A DNA stretch of 64,000 nt from Methanobacteriota archaeon (GTDB lineage Archaea; Thermoplasmatota; E2; DHVEG-1): positions 296 through 64,295 of the forward strand of contig JAPKYE010000023.1 of assembly GCA_026394495.1 (NCBI GenBank). Direction: 5' to 3'. Below the pieces are notes generated by a model. That model did not search any database and had not been told where the DNA came from. It was given only the letters and a program-made list of their open reading frames with translations. Both the position numbers and the translations under genes were made by a program. Shown here one piece after another: positions 1 through 8,810 of this stretch (the stretch's first letter is position 1; the number at the start of each line of letters is the position of its first letter).

Positions 1-3
1 AAA

Positions 4-834
4 ATGGATAAAAAAAACATTAAGAAGAATGTACGAGACGGATACGCAAAAATCGCTACACAAAAAACATCCTGTTGTGGATCAGCAAAATCATGCAACG
101 GAGCACCGCATACTGCTATTGATATCAGTAAAAGAGTTGGATACACCGATGAAGAACTCAATATGGTTCCCCAAGGAGCAAACCTAGGTCTTGGCTGTGG
201 CAATCCAACCGCTCTTGCATCATTGAAAAAAGGTGAGATGGTTCTTGATCTAGGCTCTGGTGCTGGTTTTGATTGTTTCCTTGCTGCAAACAAGGTGGGA
301 AACACCGGAAAAGTGATAGGTGTTGATATGACGCCAGAGATGATCGATTCCGCAAGAGAAAACGCAGAAAAAGGCGGATATAAAAACGTTGAGTTCAGAT
401 TAGGGGAAATCGAAAATCTTCCTGCAGCAGATGAATCTGTTGATGTGATTATCTCCAATTGTGTCATTAATCTCTCAACTGATAAAAAACGGGTATTCGA
501 TGAAGCGTATCGTGTACTGAAACCAGGTGGACGCATCATGGTCTCCGACATTGTATTACTAAAGGAGCTCCCCGATCATATAAAAAACTCTGTTGCCGCA
601 TACGTTGGATGTATCTCTGGTGCAATCAAGAAAGACGTATATTTGAAAACAATCAAAGAATCTGGGTTTCATGACATCCAGGTGATGGAAGAAACAGTGT
701 TTCCTCTTGAACTAATGGCAAATGATTCGGCGGCACATGAGATTATTGATAAGATGAATGTAACCACTCAAAAATTAAAAAACATCGAAAACATGGTTGT
801 GAGTATCAAAGTAAAAGCAGTGAAAACCAAATAG
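4..834 (+). CDS. arsM: SAM-dependent methyltransferase, arsenite methyltransferase (ArsM)-like
   Basis: 276 aa. N-terminal Cys-rich CCGSAKSC region, methyltransferase motif I VLDLGSGAGFDCF, then DVIISNCVINLS...VLKPGGR; overall layout typical of the ArsM/UbiE-type family. Confidence 0.6.
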   Translation: MDKKNIKKNVRDGYAKIATQKTSCCGSAKSCNGAPHTAIDISKRVGYTDEELNMVPQGANLGLGCGNPTALASLKKGEMVLDLGSGAGFDCFLAANKVGNTGKVIGVDMTPEMIDSARENAEKGGYKNVEFRLGEIENLPAADESVDVIISNCVINLSTDKKRVFDEAYRVLKPGGRIMVSDIVLLKELPDHIKNSVAAYVGCISGAIKKDVYLKTIKESGFHDIQVMEETVFPLELMANDSAAHEIIDKMNVTTQKLKNIENMVVSIKVKAVKTK

Positions 835-837
835 AGC

Positions 838-848
838 AATTTTTTTTA
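838..848 (+). terminator. oligo-T tract (T8) immediately after the arsM stop; archaeal-type terminator candidate
   Basis: TAG at 832-834 followed by gcaattttttttacc. Confidence 0.3.
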
Positions 849-891
849 CCATCTCAGGATTCCTTGAAAAATCATAATGATTTCAGATTAT

Positions 892-1047
892 TCAATACCA
901 TCGGCCAACCTTGCCACCCATGCGTATCAATGTTTCACCGCATTTAGGGCATACAACGTTGTTTGATCCGCGATCTACAACGCTATCTTTTGTTTTCGCA
1001 GAAAATGGTAAACTCCAGCCGCATTTCTTACATTTAATTTGAATCAT
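892..1047 (-). CDS. small zinc-ribbon protein (51 aa; below the ORF-track cutoff)
   Basis: Hand translation of the minus strand gives MIQIKCKKCGWSLPFSAKTKDSVVDRGSNNVVCPKCGETLIRMGGKVGRWY*, with two CxxC pairs. ATG at 1047-1045 and TGA at 894-892. Confidence 0.4.
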   Translation of the reverse strand: MIQIKCKKCGWSLPFSAKTKDSVVDRGSNNVVCPKCGETLIRMGGKVGRWY

Positions 1048-1282
1048 CTTAAACCTTTGCCCCTCTACTATTTTGCTGTTCTCTTGGTTATTACATTTTC
1101 TTTTTTTCTAAGTTGGAAAATGATAACCTTCCCACATACTACTTATTCAAATGACTATATATACTTATGTATTTGAAACGTTACAAATGCTTTACAACAT
1201 TGAAACAAATACGATGAGGGAATAAAAAAATAAAAAAAAGATTTTGGTAAAACAATGAACGTGAATTATTTCAGTTCTTTTA

Positions 1283-1450
1283 CTAAAATCTCTTCGGTTT
1301 GCGTTTTTGGTAACAATCCCGGCAATAGACGGGTCTGCTTCCATCTGGTTTGAAGGGGACTTCAGTTTCTTTTCCACATTCTGCACAAGTTGCCTTATGC
1401 ATTTCTCGCGGACCATCAAAACGGCCGCCTCTGCTTTCTTCTCTATACAT
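1283..1450 (-). CDS. CxxC-x17-CxxC zinc-ribbon mini-protein, copy 1 (55 aa)
   Basis: Hand translation gives MYREESRGGRFDGPREMHKATCAECGKETEVPFKPDGSRPVYCRDCYQKRKPKRF*. AAGGAAG RBS 6 nt upstream and a TTTATATAC TATA box further up. Paralog of 20748-20921 with about 90% nucleotide identity over the core. Confidence 0.6.
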   Translation of the reverse strand: MYREESRGGRFDGPREMHKATCAECGKETEVPFKPDGSRPVYCRDCYQKRKPKRF

Positions 1451-1954
1451 ATTTTACTTCCTTTTTTGTTAAGTTCGTATAAGTATTAAGTATATAAAAT
1501 TATACGTTACCCTGTTTTTGACCCTTAAATCGCCTTTTTTTGGGGATGAATATGTATCATATATGGTTTACGTACACTGCAGAGCCGTGGATGGTGGCTG
1601 GAAAGGAGGGGGACGTAAAATATCGAAGGGTATTTTTCCGGTGAGAAGAATGGAGAGGATGGGATTGCTAAAATATTTACCCCTTTCATCATTCTACGTC
1701 CATAATTAACAATTGTTAACTTCTGTTTATAAATCTTTCGCTTCTGTTTGACGTCTTATGGAGAAAGAGCGACTTTCACCGCAGGAAAAAACCCAGAATA
1801 TTTTATATACTTGAACAAAACATGGTTAGGGGTGATCCATAAAAAAAACTGAATAACGGACCAGCGGAAACATGTTTTTGCATACAAATATACAAATCAG
1901 AAATCATAATTAACACCAAATCTAATCTTTCCTATTAAAATAAGGGGAGATAAT

Positions 1955-2767
1955 ATGGAAACAAATAAAAAAAATCTTTTACTCATACTTGGAAACAGCC
2001 TTGCAGTCATCGCAACTATAGTGGTGAATGCCTTAGCGGTAATCCTACCACTGAATGGAAAATCCACAAACGAACTATCCGATGCAATCCCAAACCTCTT
2101 TGTCCCAGCAGGCATCACATTTTCTATCTGGGGAATCATCTACATCCTCATCATCATCTTCATGCTATACCAGATACTACAACTCAGAAAAAAAGAACAA
2201 AAAAACATGGTTGCAATCGAAAAAATAGGGGGATGGTTCATCCTTGCAAGCCTAGGAAATATTCTCTGGATTTTCCTATGGCATTACCAATACGTTACCC
2301 TCTCAGTAGGAGCCATGCTTATTTTATTCAGCTCATTACTCAGAATCTACCTTAAATTAAACATAGGATTATCTACAGTCCAATTAAAAGAAAAAATAGC
2401 GGTCCATATCACCATAAGCGTATATCTTGGATGGATCACCGTCGCAACAATCGCAAATGTCACTGCAGTCCTCGTGAACCTCAACGTAGGAGAACTATTC
2501 CTTGGGCAAGCCAACTGGACAACTCTTGTCATCGCGGTCGCCATCCTCATCACCATAATCATGCTTCTCAGAAGAAAAGATGTTGCATACAGCTTGGTCA
2601 TCATCTGGGCGTTACTCGGTATCTTCATAAAGCGTATCAACCCAGATCCCATCTTTGGAACACAGACTAATATTGCCATCACCGCAGCCATCGCAATCCT
2701 CATTATCTTTATCGTAATGCTTATAAAAATTATGTCAACAATGATTAAAAAAAGAACTGCAACATAA
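1955..2767 (+). CDS. polytopic membrane protein, Trp-rich; weak resemblance to the TspO/MBR family
   Basis: 270 aa and very hydrophobic, about 8 predicted TM segments. Motifs like PNLFVPAGITFSIWGIIY resemble the TspO signature. GGAGA RBS before the ATG. Confidence 0.5.
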   Translation: METNKKNLLLILGNSLAVIATIVVNALAVILPLNGKSTNELSDAIPNLFVPAGITFSIWGIIYILIIIFMLYQILQLRKKEQKNMVAIEKIGGWFILASLGNILWIFLWHYQYVTLSVGAMLILFSSLLRIYLKLNIGLSTVQLKEKIAVHITISVYLGWITVATIANVTAVLVNLNVGELFLGQANWTTLVIAVAILITIIMLLRRKDVAYSLVIIWALLGIFIKRINPDPIFGTQTNIAITAAIAILIIFIVMLIKIMSTMIKKRTAT

Positions 2768-2794
2768 CACATACTATTACAGAAGAAACAAAAA

Positions 2795-3634
2795 ATGAAA
2801 CCATTCTCAAACATACAAGGCTGGCAGATACAACATCATGAAAAACTCTTGTTCCAAGCCAACGCAGGAACACCAACCATACGACTAAAATTCTATCATT
2901 ATCCAATGTATCGACAGACGGTACAGATCAACAAACCTCCAGGACAAAGCAAGCTAAAAAACAAAGGAGAAAACACGTATTTTGTCTTTCACCACAAAGT
3001 TGGAGCCAAAGGAATCATCTCACTAGAAAGAACTATCTCAGTGTTTCCCAAATCATTCACACCCAATAATGATGATTGGGGGAAGATATCAGATTTTTCT
3101 TCTCATCTCCAGCGAAAATATCAACAACAATTACGATACTGGCCACAACACACACAAGTAATAAAGGATATATCAAATCAAGATTGGTTCTACACCGATA
3201 ATCTTTACAACTGGGTACAATCAGCGAACACCTACATCAAAGAAAAAATAAAATACCCTGAAAAACAAGAAAAACGATTAGGCGCAGAACAAGCGTTTCT
3301 TACGGGCAGCGGTGACTGCGACGAATTCACTGATCTCTTTATTACTATTGCACGAATGCGAGGGATACCCTGTCGACGACTCACAGGATTTTTTATCCAA
3401 CAGAACCTTTCTTCAGAAGCACATGCCTGGGGAGAAATTCAAACACCTGCAAAGGTTTGGATACCAATTGACATCGCATTACATAACATTGGCAGTCATA
3501 CCATGAACTATATCATTTTAAAAATAGAGGAATTCAATCCAGCTCTCCCCGATTATCAGATCCAAACAAAACACTCAACAACCGTTCACCATCAATGGAA
3601 ACTACCAACACCACTGTTTACTCCTATTTATTAA
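2795..3634 (+). CDS. transglutaminase-like cysteine protease domain protein
   Basis: Cys-His-Asp core: GSGDCDEFTDLF...ARMRGIPCRRLTGF...HAWGEI...WIPIDI. No signal peptide. Confidence 0.65.
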   Translation: MKPFSNIQGWQIQHHEKLLFQANAGTPTIRLKFYHYPMYRQTVQINKPPGQSKLKNKGENTYFVFHHKVGAKGIISLERTISVFPKSFTPNNDDWGKISDFSSHLQRKYQQQLRYWPQHTQVIKDISNQDWFYTDNLYNWVQSANTYIKEKIKYPEKQEKRLGAEQAFLTGSGDCDEFTDLFITIARMRGIPCRRLTGFFIQQNLSSEAHAWGEIQTPAKVWIPIDIALHNIGSHTMNYIILKIEEFNPALPDYQIQTKHSTTVHHQWKLPTPLFTPIY

Positions 3635-3682
3635 TTAAAGAATTTTCGTCTCAATGAATTTTTTTATAAACAGATACGATAT

Positions 3683-4105
3683 ATGCAATTCTATGATAAT
3701 ATGAATAAGGACCCAAAGATACAAAAAACAGAAAACGAATGGAAAGAAACACTTTCTTCAGATGAGTTTTGTATCCTGCGAAAAAAAGGAACCGAACCAC
3801 CATTCACCGGAAAATATGTGCACAACAAAGAAAAAGGAGTCTACATCTGTGCAGCATGTGGCAACGAACTTTTTTCATCAGAGGTTAAATTCGACTCAGG
3901 GACAGGATGGCCAAGCTTCTGGGAAACACTCTCAAACGACAAAGTCGAACTGAAAACAGATACTCGTCATGGGATGAAACGAACAGAAGTCGTCTGCAGT
4001 CGTTGTGGTGGCCATCTTGGTCATATGTTCGAAGACGGACCAAAACCCACAGGTCTTCGCTACTGCATCAACTCAGCAGGACTTCATTTTAAAAAAACAA
4101 AATAA
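3683..4105 (+). CDS. msrB: peptide methionine sulfoxide reductase MsrB
   Basis: CAACGNELF...GWPSF...RTEVVCSRCGGHLGHMFEDGP: SelR/MsrB signature with CxxC zinc sites. Confidence 0.85.
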   Translation: MQFYDNMNKDPKIQKTENEWKETLSSDEFCILRKKGTEPPFTGKYVHNKEKGVYICAACGNELFSSEVKFDSGTGWPSFWETLSNDKVELKTDTRHGMKRTEVVCSRCGGHLGHMFEDGPKPTGLRYCINSAGLHFKKTK

Positions 4106-4116
4106 AAAAAACAATG

Positions 4117-4602
4117 CTAAATATGACACGACACTCCGCCATGTTTTTCGATATATTTCTGATGGTATTCCTCTGCAGGATAGAACTCTTTTGCAAGAGT
4201 AATTTCTGTCACAATCGGTTTTTTGTATTTCTTTGATTCTTCAAGCTTCTTTTTTGATTGCTCGGCAAGTTTTTTCTGCTGATCATAATAATAAAAAATC
4301 ACAGATCGATACTGCGTCCCACGATCTGGACCCTGCCTGTTTTTTTGAGTAGGATCATGAACATCCCAGAAAACATCAAGAAGCTTTTCATAGGAGATAA
4401 TTAACGGATTAAAGATGATATGAACAACTTCTGCATGAGCGGTTTTATCGGTACACACATCCTCGTATGTCGGATCTTTAAAATCACCACCCATATACCC
4501 AACAGTAGTTAAAACAACACCATCTATGTTCTGGAATGCTGCTTCAACACCCCAGAAACACCCAGCTCCAAACGTAGCCTTTTCCATAAACATTATCACC
4601 AA
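4117..4602 (-). CDS. msrA: peptide methionine sulfoxide reductase MsrA
   Basis: GAGCFWGVEAAF active-site motif, ...GYMGG...HDPT; convergent with msrB. Confidence 0.85.
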   Translation of the reverse strand: MVIMFMEKATFGAGCFWGVEAAFQNIDGVVLTTVGYMGGDFKDPTYEDVCTDKTAHAEVVHIIFNPLIISYEKLLDVFWDVHDPTQKNRQGPDRGTQYRSVIFYYYDQQKKLAEQSKKKLEESKKYKKPIVTEITLAKEFYPAEEYHQKYIEKHGGVSCHI

Positions 4603-4606
4603 TTAT

Positions 4607-5005
4607 CTAACAAATATTTTTTTTCTTATACCGATCCTTTTGATCAAAGAAAACAATACTCGCATACCCAGAATAAACCTTCGCAGAATGTTTTTTTCCC
4701 TTTGGAACAAAAAAACGATCACCCTTTCGATACGTATGCTTCACTCCGTCCTCAACATAATCAACCTTTCCCTCAAGTACAATCTCCCATTGACTCGCAT
4801 GAGAATGCTCAGGAATATCAGTATCTTTTTTAAATTCCATGAATACAACCTGCTCATTAATCCCTTGAGACACATACGCTGTAACATTATCAAATGCAAT
4901 ATCCGCCTCAGGAAGATTACATATCGGTTTTGGGAAAATACTTACCATAATACTCATACCTCTGGCATCAGAATACATGCGTGATTTATTAACAAGTATC
5001 ATCAT
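4607..5005 (-). CDS. cupin-domain protein
   Basis: Two-His cupin motifs (PEHSHASQWEIVLEGKV ... HSAKV); 132 aa. Confidence 0.55.
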   Translation of the reverse strand: MMILVNKSRMYSDARGMSIMVSIFPKPICNLPEADIAFDNVTAYVSQGINEQVVFMEFKKDTDIPEHSHASQWEIVLEGKVDYVEDGVKHTYRKGDRFFVPKGKKHSAKVYSGYASIVFFDQKDRYKKKNIC

Positions 5006-5017
5006 TCACCATCTTAT

Positions 5018-5479
5018 ATGAAGGACATAGACGTCACATTTAAATTCTACAGAGACTCAGACGAAGAGAACATTACTTTACTCATGAATGAGTTTTATAC
5101 AGAAGACATTTACGTAAAAAATATCACAACAGAAAAAATAAAGAAAACCTTTCATGAACTAAAACTACACCCTGAAAAAGGAGACATCTTTGTTGCAGAA
5201 GATGATGCGAAAATCATTGGTTACGCACTTTTAATCAACTATTGGAGCAATGAATTCGGAGGAAACATCCTCTACATCGATGAACTCTTCATACAACCAG
5301 CATACCGCGGAAAAGGCATTGGAACAAAAATCATTAACTACATCATCGAACAAAAAATCAATGCACCAGTTGCTATACAATTAGAAGTGACAAAACAAAA
5401 TAAAAAAGGAATAAAATTTTATAAAAAATTTGGTTTCGCCGAATCTCAATACAATCGTCTCATCTTTGAATACAAATAG
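5018..5479 (+). CDS. GNAT family N-acetyltransferase
   Basis: Acetyl-CoA binding motif IQPAYRGKGIGTKIINYII; 153 aa. Confidence 0.7.
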   Translation: MKDIDVTFKFYRDSDEENITLLMNEFYTEDIYVKNITTEKIKKTFHELKLHPEKGDIFVAEDDAKIIGYALLINYWSNEFGGNILYIDELFIQPAYRGKGIGTKIINYIIEQKINAPVAIQLEVTKQNKKGIKFYKKFGFAESQYNRLIFEYK

Positions 5480-5503
5480 AAAAAAGAAAAAAAGGGGCGA
5501 GGG

Positions 5504-6754
5504 TTACTCGGCTAGGTTAACGATTTTTCCCATGAAGAGAATAGTACCCGTGTCATTATGTTGAATGATAAAGAGGAATGGATGGTCTGCGTTAAACACG
5601 AGTCGGGGTTGTTCATGACCCGGACCAACAGAATTAAACAAAACAATAGCTGTGGTAGCAGCTGCCTCGGTTCCCTCTTCATTCACCTCAATAAATGCTT
5701 TGTGAAGCACAGAAGAGATGAACATATCCCTACCTCCAGTTATACCTGAGAAATCCGCATCTGAGAATGCGTGAACCATACCCATTTTCTGCAGCGGATC
5801 ATTCAGCGTATATGAGGTCTCGAGTTTGAACTTCGGCAGCATGATATCAATATTTGTCTGATAAAGAGCGTTTTTCCACTCTTTTAATTGCGCCAGGGTA
5901 AGATTCTGTTCAAGACGTTCGAGATTTTGATCCTTGGGAAGAATAATCAACATAGTGATATTATCCCCTGCGTACGTGAGTTCAAGAACCTGAACGGTTT
6001 CAGTCTCGGTATAGTTAAATAAGATGTCGGTTCCAATAAGTTTCATCATCGGAACCTGAACAGTCTGAATCGACGAAACGAAAAAGGATTCGTTCATGGT
6101 TATATTCTTATCAAAGGGGTACTTCCATGTTCCTTTGAAATAAATCGCATTAGTCAGAATAAGTCTGGTGAGTGAGTTGATTGCCCCAGGAGGAACAAGA
6201 TCTTTGATTCGCCCATTTGTATTTTGTTCAACCCAATCATTGATTATTTTCGCTGCATGAACCGGGTTAGAGAAATCAACCTCTGATGCTCGCCCTGCGA
6301 AATACGTTGTAATCTTCTCTATATAATCATCGAGTATTTTGAAGTCGTTACTCAGCCAAAGCGCATTTGCTGTGCTTAGGTTAAACGCGGTGTTATTGTT
6401 GTAGATCTGCCAGAGACGATACAATGTTGAAAGCATGGTGCTATTGCCTTGTTGATACCCCAGAAGATGACCTATCTCTTCAGCAGTTGAGGTTCTCGCG
6501 CCTTCGAAAGCCATGGCGAGTGCGATGTAAATGCTATACGGCGAGAAAAACACGCTGTCATTCGTTTTACTACAAAGCTCTTTATAGAGTCTCAGGGCAA
6601 AATCGTTCATGGGATCATTCAAACCCGAGATATCTGGTTCTTGCGGTGGACTCCAAGGAGGACGCACGATATTTGTATATACCATACCAGCGTAGACGCC
6701 TGCGGTGATGACCATACACACGGCCAACACACCAATGATTTTCAAGAGTTTCAT
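5504..6754 (-). CDS. serpin (serine protease inhibitor), N-terminally membrane-anchored
   Basis: Serpin core NAIYFKGTWKYPF, breach/shutter and hinge FIEVNEEGTEAAATTAI, C-terminal PRLVFNADHPFLFIIQH; N-terminal TM helix MKLLKIIGVLAVCMVITAGVYAGMVY. Confidence 0.85.
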   Translation of the reverse strand: MKLLKIIGVLAVCMVITAGVYAGMVYTNIVRPPWSPPQEPDISGLNDPMNDFALRLYKELCSKTNDSVFFSPYSIYIALAMAFEGARTSTAEEIGHLLGYQQGNSTMLSTLYRLWQIYNNNTAFNLSTANALWLSNDFKILDDYIEKITTYFAGRASEVDFSNPVHAAKIINDWVEQNTNGRIKDLVPPGAINSLTRLILTNAIYFKGTWKYPFDKNITMNESFFVSSIQTVQVPMMKLIGTDILFNYTETETVQVLELTYAGDNITMLIILPKDQNLERLEQNLTLAQLKEWKNALYQTNIDIMLPKFKLETSYTLNDPLQKMGMVHAFSDADFSGITGGRDMFISSVLHKAFIEVNEEGTEAAATTAIVLFNSVGPGHEQPRLVFNADHPFLFIIQHNDTGTILFMGKIVNLAE

Positions 6755-6904
6755 ATCAAATCACAATTTTATACCACCTCATGAATATATAAATGGTTGG
6801 AAAACGTTCGGGAAACACCAAACAAAAGCACACATAAATATCCAAGAAAACGATGACAAACATTTATAACGAACCTTTCCGCTACCGAGAACGAGGCAAA
6901 AAGT

Positions 6905-8008
6905 ATGGTAACTGCTGAAGATATACTCAACCAAGATGTTGTGAAGATAGATGGAAACGAATTATTCTCAAAGGTACTCTCTTTATTCAAAGAGACAGAC
7001 GCAATCGTGATCATGGATGGAGATAACTACCAGGGAATGCTTTTGAAACGATGTCTTATGAAACCGAAGATTTCCCTTGACACTAAAGTTCACACTGTAC
7101 TTACCCACTCACCAAAAATCACTCCAGCTACACCTATCGAAGAAATCGCACGACTCATGATAGAAAACAGCGTCTATCATCTTCCAGTCATCGCTGATGA
7201 AGAAGTCATTGGTATTGTCACTGCTGATGATGTTGTACAACAACTTACTGATCATAAGTTTGGTTCACAGCCAATAAAAACAATCATGTGCACTGAACCT
7301 CTTTCCATTAGCCCTGAAGACACCCTTGGAAAAGTTATAGACATGTTCCATGCACAAGACATCCCCTACCTTGCAGTTATCGACCACAACAAAATAGTCG
7401 GCGCGATCACCATGGACGACATCATAGAACATGTGATGCACCCAGAACAGAAAATGGGGGGATCACCAGGCCATGGTGATTTTGCACAAGAAAAAAAGAA
7501 AAAACTTGATTTGCCCGTGAAAAGTATTATGCAGGAGGACCCATCGCTTCTTTCACCAGAGACAACCATACGCGATGTTCATACACATATGCATAAATTT
7601 GATCTTACTGGAGCACTCATCGGAAAAGATTACACACTCAGCGGAATCGTTACACATAAAGAGCTTCTCGCACCTTTTGTCGATGTTCAAAAACAGGAGC
7701 CTTTTGCGATCCAGTTCCATCATAATACAAAAAAGGTTGAAGGTTTTGATAAAGAAGGAGCAGTGCATTTCCTCAGAGAAGAGTTCTTGAAAAACTACGA
7801 AAAATTCCTTGAATTTGGATACCTGCATGTTTCACTGGAGCAGCATAAAGAAGCAAAAGAAGGAACCCACAGGGTCGTCTGCGAAATAAAACTCTCAACA
7901 CAAAAAGGAATCTTCTATGCATCCCACGAGGGCATGGGTCCATCGCAAGCAATGAAAAACACGATGCAAGCAATAGAACATCAAATACGAAAAGCAAAAG
8001 GAGCGTAA
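6905..8008 (+). CDS. CBS-domain protein (two Bateman pairs) fused to a C-terminal HPF/RaiA (ribosome hibernation factor)-like domain
   Basis: 367 aa. CBS motifs VYHLPVIADEEVIGIVTADDVV, IPYLAVIDHNKIVGAITMDDII, GALIGKDYTLSGIVTHKELL. The C-terminal about 100 aa (FAIQFHHNTKKVEG...LHVSLEQHKE...EIKLSTQKGIFYASHEGMGPSQAMKNTMQAIEHQIRKAKG) aligns position-by-position with the E. coli HPF/YfiA pattern (LNITGHNVEIT...VYVVLKVEK...LHVNGGEIHASAEGQDMYAAIDGLIDKLARQL). Confidence 0.6.
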   Translation: MVTAEDILNQDVVKIDGNELFSKVLSLFKETDAIVIMDGDNYQGMLLKRCLMKPKISLDTKVHTVLTHSPKITPATPIEEIARLMIENSVYHLPVIADEEVIGIVTADDVVQQLTDHKFGSQPIKTIMCTEPLSISPEDTLGKVIDMFHAQDIPYLAVIDHNKIVGAITMDDIIEHVMHPEQKMGGSPGHGDFAQEKKKKLDLPVKSIMQEDPSLLSPETTIRDVHTHMHKFDLTGALIGKDYTLSGIVTHKELLAPFVDVQKQEPFAIQFHHNTKKVEGFDKEGAVHFLREEFLKNYEKFLEFGYLHVSLEQHKEAKEGTHRVVCEIKLSTQKGIFYASHEGMGPSQAMKNTMQAIEHQIRKAKGA

Positions 8009-8060
8009 CGGTAAACATATTCTTTTAATAAACAAAAAAAGAATTTTTATAATTCAGGGT

Positions 8061-8771
8061 TTACCACACTTTATCAACATCAATGTCGGCTTCATCGCCT
8101 TTCTTCTTAGCTTCAGATGCACTCATTTTTTTTTCTTTGTTGATCGTGTCAAGAATCCCGCGGAACTCAAGGGTTTTATCACCAATACGCTGCTCACAAC
8201 TTGCAACCGCAAGCTCCCCACGAGTCTTCTCAATACAACCACGAACCATATCCTGCTTCTGTTTAATCGGCAACAACGCAGCCGGATAATCAAAATTCAT
8301 GATCGCCTCATAAATAAAATCCATGTACCCAAGATACTCATGCGCCTTTGACGGTTCACCCTTTAAAATCCAATCAAGCGCACCACGACGAAGCTCACCT
8401 ACCACATCACACAACCCCATAAGATACGAACTGTACGTCGTCTGCAACACATCAGGATCAGGAAGATCTGTCCCATGGATGATATGTGTAAGACACTGAG
8501 CCTCCACATACTCCTGTGCAGCACTCTCCACAAAACCAGCGTTCGACAAATCTGGAAAATTCTTCGTAGTCTCATACAATTTCGCAAGATCAGCTGATGC
8601 ATGAGACACCAGTTTTTCTGCATCATCCCAATTACTTCGATGCAGACAATGAATAGCTTTACGGCAAGAAATAATAATATCGCGAGACGACCTCAGCGCT
8701 ACTTCACGCACCCGATCCTTCTGATCAAAAAACTTGTCGATCTTTTCAACAATACCATCAAGATTCTTCAT
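8061..8771 (-). CDS. translin-family protein (archaeal translin/TRAX-like)
   Basis: 236 aa, all-helical. YLMGLCDVVGELRRGALDWILKGEPSKAHEYLGYMDFIYEAIMNFDY matches the translin core EYLLGLADxxGExxRLAI...GDY...FI. Confidence 0.5.
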   Translation of the reverse strand: MKNLDGIVEKIDKFFDQKDRVREVALRSSRDIIISCRKAIHCLHRSNWDDAEKLVSHASADLAKLYETTKNFPDLSNAGFVESAAQEYVEAQCLTHIIHGTDLPDPDVLQTTYSSYLMGLCDVVGELRRGALDWILKGEPSKAHEYLGYMDFIYEAIMNFDYPAALLPIKQKQDMVRGCIEKTRGELAVASCEQRIGDKTLEFRGILDTINKEKKMSASEAKKKGDEADIDVDKVW

Positions 8772-8810
8772 CAGATGAATACAAACACTTCCTCTACTTA
8801 TGCTTTTGCT

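Noticed and set aside
2347-2814. Antisense 155-aa hydrophobic ORF opposite the 1955-2767 membrane protein gene
   Set aside because: It is the mirror translation of an AT-rich hydrophobic gene. The sense-strand ORF has the RBS and the better membrane-protein character.
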